Assembly: GCA_964016885.1 (NCBI GenBank)
Contig: OZ024744.1
Span: 114,514,001-114,578,000, forward strand
DNA from: Eledone cirrhosa
Taxonomy: Eukaryota
Reading direction: 5' to 3'
DNA: 64,000 bases
The notes beneath the pieces are model-generated. The model did not search any database and was not told the origin of the DNA. It was given only the letters and a program-made list of their open reading frames with translations. A program made the translations under genes and the position numbers. Each line of letters opens with the position of its first letter. Position 1 is the stretch's first letter. Of the stretch, positions 10,771 through 21,201 are shown one piece after another.

Positions 10771-13209
10771 TGTATGTAGAATATTTATTTACGAAGATTG
10801 AGCTGAGTAGAGCTGAATAGTTGACATGCCAAGAGAAATGAAACAATGAATTGAGGATTTCAGAAGACACGGTCCACTGGCTGAAGTGTTGCCAGGCCGT
10901 GGTTAAGTTGTTGTGTTACATGTTGGCTAGTGATTTAACGACGAAAGAAAGTTAGGTGTTTACCTTTTCACAGACAGGAAGCGAGAGGCTGATTCTTCAA
11001 ATCAACGCGGGAACTTTTCCCTCAGGGCGCGTAGAGTTACATTCTCTTCTACTGGCGCTGATTGGCTGAGCTGAGCCAAATCACTCACAGAGAATGTATG
11101 TGAGCCCGCGGAATGTAGGTCACTACAATACTCCCCCTCTAGACGTAAGACGGTACAGATTATTGAATCAGCAGGAAAAAATGCTGAAAGAGCACATCAG
11201 TGAAAAAATAATTGAGCAGCAGGATGAATGCAAGAAGAAAAATGAGGCGCTAAGGGCCGTGTTGAGCCGCTGTGTCAAATGACCAGATGTTTTGTAGTTT
11301 ATACGTGACCACGAAGGGTCTAACAGAAAACGGATAAAGTCTGACATGGGCGAAGTTGCTGTTCTTGCATTAAATGTTAATGGTAAGTGTTGTACCGGTA
11401 GCTGTGGATGAAGCTATTATGGTAGTTTACCAGTGCTGGCAAGAAGATGATGGGCAGGCGAGAAAATATCGGCCTCCCAGATGTATTGCCGAAAGTGCTA
11501 GGCAGCCAGGAAAAAATGGCTAATTGTTTTGAAAAGAAAAAAGCAAGTTGAATCTGTAGGTGGGTAGTAGTTGCAGTGTAAATTCCACAATTCCGGCGAA
11601 TCCACAGAAATGGTGGAAATGCTGACAACTCCAGTTCCATTTGTTGTTTTCCCAGCGAGTCGGGTAAGGTAACAAGATGGAGGTTGTTATGGACGATGAG
11701 TGTGCAACAAGACGCGAAGCTGTTTGAATCCAGATGCAATTAGCAGTTCTCGTGTTGCGGTGCCTGTTTGAATCCAGGTGAATTAAGCTCTGAGTCGCTA
11801 GCATGTTTTGGTACCTCCACCAGGTGAGAAGGGATCTCGCAGAACTTTACGACGTTTGAATATCATACACTAAGAACAACATGTTGGTGTGTATCAAAGA
11901 AATGTGTGTACATATGCAGGCATGTAATACAGCAAAGAATGTGTGGGTACAGTCATATATACAATGATAAAGGAAATGATACAGTCATATATACAATGTA
12001 ATCAACTTAAAAGAAGAGGTCAAAGGAGCAAAGAAACGTGCTCGAACATAGTTACTAAAAAGAAAAGTTCAAATGTTCAAAATAAAGTTATTTATAGCAG
12101 GAAAGCGAGTGTGTCCTCCAGAGAATGTATACAGTTGGTTTCTGGACTGTGGTACAACGTGAAATTCCCAACCTCTGAAGGCGGTGGGATTTTCTCACAG
12201 TAAGAGTGCTGCAAAAATAAATTCTCTTTGTTTTCTTCTGCTGGTTTTGGTTGTTGATAAAGCAAAGATGAAGCTGTGTTGTCTCGCGGAGTGAGATAAC
12301 CTATTCGATGTTGTTTCAATTCACAGTAAAAAGTTTCCCAGAAAAAATGAGTTGCGCGAAGTGCTTGAAATAACAGCCAAAGTTGATGGTCGATGTTGAG
12401 AACGCGTTGACCTGGACGGGTCAAGCGGCCAGCGACAATAGAAATAAGGATTCTGAATAAATGCGCAGTTTTCAACGGCAAATTTACGTGGTAAATTTTT
12501 AAACCGGCAAATATGAGAATATAGCTTAAGGCTGGAGAATCCTTGTCAAGAAACATTATTTATGGCGTGTGTTATCTCAGTGAGTCGAGATGTGTGTTCC
12601 CCCACACGTGCCGAAACAAGGTTAATGTCAAGTTGAATAAAAAAATATATGTCTTTTGCGCTAGAAAATGGCGGGAAAATGACAGTGGAACAGGTCGTTG
12701 GCAGCCATTTTGAAAAATTTGTGTGTGAACGTGACAATATGATGAAAAAGAAGGAAAGGCTATATTCACTTTGTATACAAATATGGCGAGAGTTCAATTA
12801 TTTTTTGTGAAAGTGATGAAAAAGTAGCGAAAAAGGCTTAGTTGAATGAGTAAGCGAGCTGTGATGTTCATCAAAATTGACATGGTGAATATAAGAATAC
12901 AGGAGTCCAAATCTTTTTGAGTGTTCGTTGTGAGAAGAACGAAGGATATATCCAGTGAGTGAAACACATTTAAACGATGTAAACACGTGAGGTGAAGAAC
13001 AACATTTTTTCTTGTTTGTTTGCTGCTGAGAAAAAGATTACTTATATTTTTCGTTGTAGACAGTTTCGGAGAAAAAATCCATGTGGAATGTTGCTAGAGG
13101 AATTTTTTCTTTTTTGAAATACTGCTAATTAATTTCTACTGGCGCTGATTGGCTGAGCCAAATCACGCACAGAGAATGTATGTGAGCCCGCGGAATGTAG
13201 GTCACTACA
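10771..13209 (-). mobile_element. Non-autonomous/deleted LTR element with no recognisable pol
   Basis: 3'LTR ~10771-11127 begins TGTAGTGACC on minus after the PPT agagggggagtat; the same ~76 bp recurs at 13134-13209 as a 5'LTR stub; weak gag-like peptide at 12400-12710; TSD not clean. Confidence 0.7.
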
Positions 13210-15200
13210 AGGTTATGGGTTTACTGGGGCAGAAACAGCTTATCTAGGTACTCGGTGTCATAAGTAAATCTAAGTAGGAAGCCCAGTTCATCTATGTCGA
13301 CGTCGCAGAACTCACTAGTTATTTCCACACATTTTTCTACAGCAAAATCAATGTTAATGGATGGGTATAGTGATACTACATCCATACTGCCTATTACACA
13401 GTTTATTAAGTTTTTATTTTTGTTGCATTCATTGATTCTGCTGAGAGGGTCCTCTGTGCTGTCACATACATCTGGGGACATCTTAATTATGGGGCGTATA
13501 ACCATTGAGAGGAAGTAGGAGATCCTATAGTTGCTAGCAATATTGGCTCCGCATACAGGTCTTGTTGGTGGTCTTGTCATCGGGTTGTTGGTTGTTTTAT
13601 GGTATTTGCAGAGCCCATACAATGTTGTTGTTAGACGCTTAGAAATTGTTGGCTGTGCGTCTACCTGGCTTTAGGTTGTCAGTCCACATCATCATGTGAG
13701 CGTTGGGTATCTTCTTTCTCTCTCCTTATGTGTTTGTGGTGTTGTTTCACTCGTGTTGATGTTGTGGGGTTGCATAGCCTTGATGTAGTTCGGCATGCTG
13801 TCTATTGACATCCTACCAGATTTATCTGTGGGTAGACACACTACCTCACCATCCCTTGTGCGCTGCATGAGGCTAAGTAGGCCTTCTACAGGTTTCCTTC
13901 CAAGTTGTTGGACCTCTGGTCTGCTTTGTCTCTTAGTATATTGGTCTACTACCTGTCTAAGTTTATTTCTAGCTATGGTGAACTGTGCCTCTGTTTCGTC
14001 ATCTATTTGTTGGGGTATACAAACTCTTTTATTAAAAGGTAATTTAGTGGAATAAATTTTGTTCATCTTGTATGTTTTGTCAGCTGGGTTGAAGAATAGG
14101 TTCTCTAAGGGGTTGTCATTAAATCTACCGTTATAGTTGTGTGTGTTACTATTATTGTCATTATGGCTGTTGTTGTTATTATTATTATTGTTATGATTGT
14201 TAAATTTATTGTTGTTGTTGTTGTTGTTCTTTCCATTGTTATTGTTGTTGTTACTGCTATTTCTACCATTGTGGTTGTTACCTGTATTGTTATGTTTCTT
14301 GTTGTAGTTGTTGTTCTTGTTGTTCTACCTATCGTTAACGCTGCTACTCCTGCTATTTCCATTATTATTATTTCCATCTCTCCTGCTATTGTTATCACTA
14401 TTACTATTATAGCTGTTATTTCTTGTCAAACTTATTGTTTATATTACTACTTTCGTCATTATTGTTATTGTTGTTATTTATGTTCGCGTTCCAACGTATT
14501 TTAGTGAAGGACTTTTCAATCTCCGACAGACATTGTACTGGGTTTACCTTATTATATACAGCGAACTTTGGTGGAAGTTGTAGAATTTGTTGTTCTTGTT
14601 CATTAGTTATGGTGTTACCATAGATGTTTAGTGTATGGTCCTTGGTAAACTCTATAGGTAATATGATATCAGTCATACAGATATTGTCGATCTTGTCAGG
14701 ATATTTTTGTAAGTTTTCTTTTCTCTTTTCCTGTTGTTGTTTTTTGTCCTTCATCCATCTTAATTTCTTATTGAAATGTTTATTACATTCGTTTTGAGCA
14801 TATTTTGTTTCATGTCGAATGATATTCATGAGGTTATTTATCTCGTTTGGTGTGGTGAGATTTTGAATTTCCTTAACGTTAACGCGTTTCTGTTTGTAAA
14901 GTTCGTTAATTTTCTTATATGTTATTCTTTTCATATTGAGTGTTAACGTGCGCTTTAGACGCTCTGCTTGTGTTTTGTTCAGTAGTAAATTATTAACTTC
15001 TTTTAAGACTGTTTACAGTGTATATTTTGAAGGAAACACAGTGTTTTAAAACTCTAATAATAACGGAACACACTCGCTGTTTGGTTGGTTTTCGCTTCTG
15101 TATCTTTTATATCTCCATGGTTAATTAATTTGGCAATCAATGTTTATCATTGATTGACCAACAGTTAAAAATACGGATATAAATATATATATATATAGTC

Positions 15201-15244
15201 TATCACAGTTCTTTCATCACACATCTGTGACATCATCAGTGGTA
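15201..15244 (-). ncRNA. Minimal hammerhead in PLE pLTR (cleavage triplet mutated to CUG)
   Basis: tacca CTGATGA t gtcaca-gatg-tgtgat GAAA gaac TG tgata. Confidence 0.6.
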
Positions 15245-15345
15245 CTATTATGTTTCCTCCCGTTGTATTGTATGTCTACGCCAATTTTTATTTAATTTAT
15301 CTATTTATTTCTTCTTGTCTCTGTCCCTGCGCATGCGTTTGCATG

Positions 15346-16270
15346 TGTGTACCATAAAATCCCTGATCAGCAAGACATACCCCTTTAAGAAAACCCACTG
15401 TATGAATAAGAAATGTATTATATGTAAAATGAACCCCCAGATAAATTGTAAAACTAGAAATGTAGTCTATAGCATAAGATGTACAGAGGGTACTTGCAGA
15501 AACATGACAACGACATACATAGGTGAGACAGCTCGAAGCATAGGAGAAAGAAAAGACCAACACTGGGGGAACTAAAAAGACAAAAAAACAGTTCAGTACT
15601 ATACAAACATGCCAGACAAAGACATGACGGTAATATAGACAACATAGAAATTAAAATAATATCTAAACATAGAAATGACTCAACAGGTAGGCAAATCAGA
15701 GAAGCAACTGCGATAGAACTAAGAAGACCAAAGCTGAACAGAAAACATGAATGGAATAACAACAACAACCATACCCAAACAAACAATACTGACTTAAGGG
15801 AAATATAAATAAGTAAATAAATATATACACAAGTACAATAACATCAAACACATATAAACACACACTAGTGAACAAAGATAGAATACAAAAACAAAAAAAC
15901 ATACACTCAAATGCGAACACACACACCAAACATTATACATACATGCAAACGCATGCGCAGAGACAGAGACAAGAATAAGTAAATAAATAAAATAAAAATG
16001 GCATAGACTTTACAAAACAATAGGAGGAAACATAATAGTACCACTGATGATGTTGCAGATGTGTGACGAAAGAACTTATATATATATATTTATATCTGTA
16101 TTTTAAACCACTGGTCAATCAATGATAAACATTGATGGCCAAATAAATTAACTATGGAAAACCAACCAAACAGTGAGCGTGTTTTGTTATTATTTTTGGC
16201 AATATTATTATAATATGACCCTCCCCAAGTATAACAATATTTGTTTCGACACACGATTTCATATCAATAT
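15346..16270 (+). mobile_element. Inverted upstream copy of the same PLE (GIY-YIG end + pLTR + ORF-start tail)
   Basis: HCMNKKCIIC..NC..NVVY..C..YIGETAR; reverse complement of 7356-7880; ends in ATGACCCTCCCCAAGTATAACAATAT, also seen at 51402 and 59496. Confidence 0.88.
16041..16078 (+). ncRNA. Minimal hammerhead core in PLE pLTR (3' strand of stem I lost into TA run)
   Basis: cca CTGATGA t gttgca-gatg-tgtgac GAAA gaac TT. Confidence 0.55.
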
Positions 16271-16329
16271 GTGCGTGTGTGTGTGTATGTATATATATAT
16301 ATATGTGTGTGTGTGTACAGTATATATAT

Positions 16330-16562
16330 ATCATCGTCATCATCATTTTATGTCCGCTTTTCCCTACTTGCAAGGGTGGGACGGGTCCTATTCAGCACAG
16401 CATTTCTCCACTTGTCACGATCCTTTGTCATCTCCTCTTTGAGCTTCAGCGATCTGAGGTCTGCTTTCACCACTCCCGCTCATGTTTTTTTGTGGTCTTC
16501 CTCTACTTCGTCTTCCTTCTACTGGCATTTCTTGGCACTTCTTTACCCAGCGGTCATCCTCA
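16330..16562 (-). mobile_element. Short 3' fragment of RTE family B
   Basis: EDDRWVKKCQEMPVEGRRSRGRP and tail aaagcggacataaaatgatgatg match 48640-48880. Confidence 0.88.
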
Positions 16563-16595
16563 TATATATATATGTGTCTGTGTGTGTGTGTACAG

Positions 16596-19500
16596 TAGGG
16601 GGTGGTTAAAACACAACCATTTTTAAGGAACCTTAATTCCACGGTATGTACAGAGTTTCAAATAGTATTTCAAGTAAAATATATGAAAATTAGGGTTATG
16701 TAACCACCCGTAAACCTCGCATACACCCCCCACAATTGAATACCCTAATTTTCTATATTAATCATATAATCTCTAACACATATATCCTAAATTGCTTATG
16801 GATAAGAAACATTTGATCATATTTCACTGTAGAAATCTTGTTTAAAACATGTGATGAGTAAAGATAGCAAAAACCCCTCCAACATGGTAAAATTACAACT
16901 TTTCAATATGTGTTAAATGAATTTTTTTTAGAAAATGTATACATTTTTTAAATGATTTTCTTTTGTTTTTCAGATTATTTCAGAACTAAATTGTATGATA
17001 ATTTTACAAAAATACCTATAGAAATGTAATAATTTAAGTATATAAAATTATATGATTGCAACTAGAAGTAAAAGCCGTAATTCAGCATTTGGATTTCCTG
17101 CAGTAACAACCCCATCAAAGACTGATGTATTCCAACATTACTTATACATAAGAAAATGAAAAGAACAGATATCAAAAACTTCACCCACAGCAAAAGAATG
17201 CTACCAGATTGTTGCTGCAGATGTGCAAACAATATGGGACAAATTTTCTTTTCCTTAAAATTGAGAGATTGATTGAATCTGCTTATAAATTAAACAAAAT
17301 ACCTATCAAGCAAATAGAAGATAGTTTTGATAAGAAATTAGAGATCAATGAAATGTTTGATATATGCACCTGCACATGTTATGACAAACAATTAAAAAGA
17401 TCTGACTGTAGATGTGACATAAGAATACCAATAATGGAATAGGAATCATTTGTTGGACAGAAAAAAAAGATTTAATCAGTTAGGGCCTCTAGATAGAGAA
17501 ATAACTTTAGGTAATAATAAATAACTGCAGAAAGAGTACAAAGATTTGAAAACAGGAAGACAAAGATGCGCTTAGACATGGATGTTGCTTCAACTAGATA
17601 TCAGAGCCCAAGTGAGATTAATAATAAGATAGTTGTGACTCATGAGACAATGATGACGATGATATCGACTTTGTTCCTGACAATGAACTGAGAGAAAACC
17701 AACAAAACAGATTTAGTTATGAGAATCTAACCATCACAACAGACAGATATCGGGTAAGTTCCAGGGCTGCTGCTGCCATTGTTAATGCAGTTTTGAGAGA
17801 TATGGGAATTTTAAATTATACAAATATGCTAGATAAGAAAAAAGTTGAAAAAAGAAAAAGAGTTGGAAAAAACAATATTATAAAAGAGAAAACAGAAAAT
17901 ACAAAGCTCAACTGCATCGGTTTTGATGGCAGAAAGGATAAAACTAAAACAGCAAGAGGGGTGGAAAGTGAAGAGCACTATGTTATTGTGAAAGAGCCTA
18001 GTAATGAGTATTTAGATCACGTTTCCCTAGATAATGGAACAGCTCGTTGTATTGCAGAAGAAATTATTACTTTTTTAATTGATTCTGGCAGTCAAGAAGG
18101 TTTAAAGGCACTCCAGTAAACACTGGTAATTTAGGAGGGGTAATTAAAATAATTGAATTATACTTAAATAAACCGCTTCAGTGGCTGCTACATACAATTG
18201 AGCTTCCATTTCGAGGCGTATTTGAATCCATAGATGGAAAAACAACAGGACCACGAACATCAAAAGGCTTAATTGGCAATAAAATTAAAGAAGATGTAAC
18301 AAACTTAAAGATAATCAAATTTTCACCAATAAAAGCTGAAGTGAAGGACTTGCCATTAGAAGTTGTTGATACTTTAAGCTCAGATCAAAAATATCTGTAT
18401 GAAATGTGCCTCAGTATTGAGACAGGGTTTGTTTCTGAGCAATTAACAGCAAGATCACGTGGTAAAATCCATCATGCAAGGTGGTTAACATGTTCAAACA
18501 GAATTTTTCACTTATGTTTTGGAAAAAAAATCCCCAAAAGAATATTATAGATCTTGTTAAAATCATAACGCAAGTTTATGCTCCAAGCTGGTTCTGGATT
18601 AAATCTCACCCAAAGTTACATGAAGGAGCAAGTAATTTTTGGTATATGGCTCATCTAATGCAAGATATGAACCAAGATCATAAAGAAGTTAGGGATAAAT
18701 CGTTGAAAACTAATTCATATTTTGCCCATCCGGAGAATATTTTACTGACTATGTTGAATGATGGAAGAAGACAAATTAAGGAAGCAGCAATTAGTGAATT
18801 ATTAAAGCAAGAACTGTTCCCTGAATGCCCTGTGAAGAATTAAGAAGTTTCAAACTACCAAGCAAAATTAATTTTGATGCACAGGATTATATTGATTTGA
18901 TTACCTGGGAAAATGAAGTTATAACACCCTCTCCAATTTTACGGAACTTTACAAATGTTGATCTTCTTAAAGCTGGTTCAGGACCATTAATAGCAATACC
19001 TCTTCCCTGTCATAGCCAAGGAGTCGAGCATGCTATCAATTTAGTGACAAAAGCTTCTGAAGTCAGAATAGGCTACAAAAATAGATACAAATTTATATTA
19101 AATGTACAGAAATCAAGACAAAGTTTACCTCACTTTGACTGGAAAAGACAATGGTCATTTAATTAAATAGTAAATACTATTAATGCTTATTTTATTGTGT
19201 TCACTGTTCGTGTATTTCGTTTGAGGTTCGTGCATGGTTTTTTTTATTGCATATCATAATAGTCATTAAGAATTTACATTATTTATATGTTGAAAGTGCT
19301 TTTCTTAATTTAGGCTTTTTTATGAAAAAAGATTAATACAAACTATATAAATAAATAGATTCCAATAACTGTTTTTTTCAGGGGGGGGGGGGGGGGGAAT
19401 ATAATTTATAAAAAGTTATTTAGGTAATATTTAACTAATTCAAAGTTAATAGAATTAAAAGAAGTTTACAGTCCTTAAATTTTCAGTATTCAAAATGCAG

Positions 19501-19637
19501 AATGGGGGGGTGCTATGCGAGGTGTAGGGGTGATTGCATAATTTTTAAAATTTGTTAATTTATTTCTCACACCGAAATGAACACCAAGCAATATGTGGAA
19601 TCAGAATATAAAATGTTGACGCCCCCCCCCCTCTTTA
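16596..19637 (+). mobile_element. hAT-superfamily (hATm-like) DNA transposon, pseudogenised transposase
   Basis: 8-bp TSD gtgtacag (16588-16595) / atgtacag (19638-19645); TAGGGG left terminus; imperfect long TIRs (ttatgtaaccacccgtaaacctcgcata vs reverse complement of ~19505-19542); transposase remnants 17052-19166 with FDGRKD, EEHY, PLQW..HTIELP, HARWLT, YFAHPEN, PCHSQGVE. Confidence 0.8.
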
Positions 19638-19739
19638 ATGTACAGTATATATATATATATATATATATAAATATAAATGTAATCTGAGTTTTTCGAATAT
19701 TAATAATAATATTCAATTCGTTTGCAATTATGCAATTAT

Positions 19740-20062
19740 GTGTGTATTACTTACCACGCGTGTCTGTCCTGTTAGCTGGGGCATGTATCGCTGTCAAAAA
19801 TTTGTTAATATTATTTATATATTTTTTTCTTATATTTATTTGCGTGTGTTAATATGTAGTGGAGTGCATTCATGTATGTGTATGTATGTACTTTGTATGT
19901 TTGTGTGAATGTATGTATATGTGTGTGTATATATATGTGTGTGTGTATGTGTAGGCTTGTACACACACATGTGTGTGTGTGTGTGTGTATGTATATGTGT
20001 ATATATGTGTATATGTATGTATATATATATATATATATATGTATGTATATGTGTGTATATAC
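19740..20062 (+). repeat. Microsatellite-rich non-coding repeat X, 5' part (continues at ~25020-25590 after nested insertions)
   Basis: tacttaccacgcgtgtctgtcc..gtatcgctgtcaaa..tatttatttgcgtgtgt..gagtgcatt, also at 37900-38030 (+) and 27820-27880/25800-25850 (-). Confidence 0.75.
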
Positions 20063-20655
20063 ATCACTCAGTCAAACAACCAGATTTCAACCCCAACATC
20101 TACAACAACAACAACACCGGCCCTAATGTTTACAGCAACAACAGCTTCAGAATGAACTGAAATGAACATTTACAACAATTACAACAACAACAACAACAGC
20201 GGCATCAAAACATAAAAAAAGGAAGGGAAAAGAAAAAAGAAAAGGGAAGGGGAAAAAAAAAAAAAAAAAAAAAAAGGAGAAAAAAAAGAAAGGAAAAAAA
20301 AAAAAAAAAAACTCAAAATAACAAAACACACACACACACACACACACACAACAGAACAACAACATCAACTGCCACCACCACCACCACCGCCACCGCCGTC
20401 GCCATCACCATCACCAGCGACCTGGCCTTAAGAACAACTTTAATAATAATTTTTCTGCTTTTGGCACGGATCCAGCGACTGGCCAGCGCATCACTGGTAC
20501 TCTCTTTTGTTGACTCCGTGGAGAGCCATAACTCTATGCTGTAAAGCAATTATAGTAATACTGGACTGTAATACGATCGGCTTCAACTATACAAACTCTT
20601 GAAAGTCAACAGTTGACATAATCTGGTAATCTTGTATCAGTAATGACGGTAATAT
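20063..20655 (+). repeat. Unclassified CAA/CAC-rich dispersed repeat (copy 1)
   Basis: Shares caccagc..ggccttaa, ttggcacgg..cagcga, aaagtcaacagttgacat and ttgtatcagta.tgacggtaa(TA)n with 43050-43755. Confidence 0.7.
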
Positions 20656-20789
20656 ATATATATATATGTGTGTGTGTGCGTGTAAGTGAGTAGAGTAGCG
20701 TGTGTGTGTGTTTGTTGTGTGTGTGAGTGTTGCTGTGTGCACGCATATGTATGCGTGTGTGTGTATGTCGTACGTATAAGTGTCAATAA

Positions 20790-20791
20790 GT

Positions 20792-20825
<34 letters not shown>

Positions 20826-21126
20826 GCGGGGACATAGAAATAATCGGGCTGGATGCCCGATCGCGCAGTTAAACCACTGGGAGTGAAGAACCCCTAGCCC
20901 ATGTCAGGGTATTCTTCTAGGAGAAGGCATCTCAGGAAACTGGGTTAACTCCGATATAAAACCTGCGGCTCAGTAGTTACCGATGATGTTGATCTTTTCT
21001 TCTTTTCGGGTTATAGCTACTGTCGCTCAGAGAGTGGGATTGGTTCAGTGCACAGTCTTTCCTCACTTTAAAAATATTCGTCACGCACAGGCATTGCACG
21101 AGTGCATTAATAATTATTAATAGTGT

Positions 21127-21161
<35 letters not shown>

Positions 21162-21166
21162 TATTA

Positions 21167-21201
<35 letters not shown>

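Larger units (their letters stand above)
7356..15345 (-). mobile_element. Long Penelope-like element (Neptune-type Cys linker), degenerate, interrupted by two LTR elements
   Basis: Collinear remnants: N-terminus 14416-14934, PTDKSG 13692-14066, YGLCKYHK/RPVCG/SMDVVSLYPSI 13221-13622, RT 10350-10740 (RYVDDI), thumb 7853-8460, GIY-YIG 7507-7833; upstream pLTR with hammerhead at 15201. Confidence 0.88.

Noticed and set aside
10748-10775. TSD for the LTR element at 10771-13209 (aggtt)
   Set aside because: The matching aggttat on the left is not adjacent to the LTR end, so the boundary is ambiguous
20915-20970. Permuted twister ribozyme (GGAG..hairpin..UAACUCC)
   Set aside because: The required P4/L4 element (GCNGGUCCYAAGCCC-like) is absent; kept only as an unassigned pseudoknot
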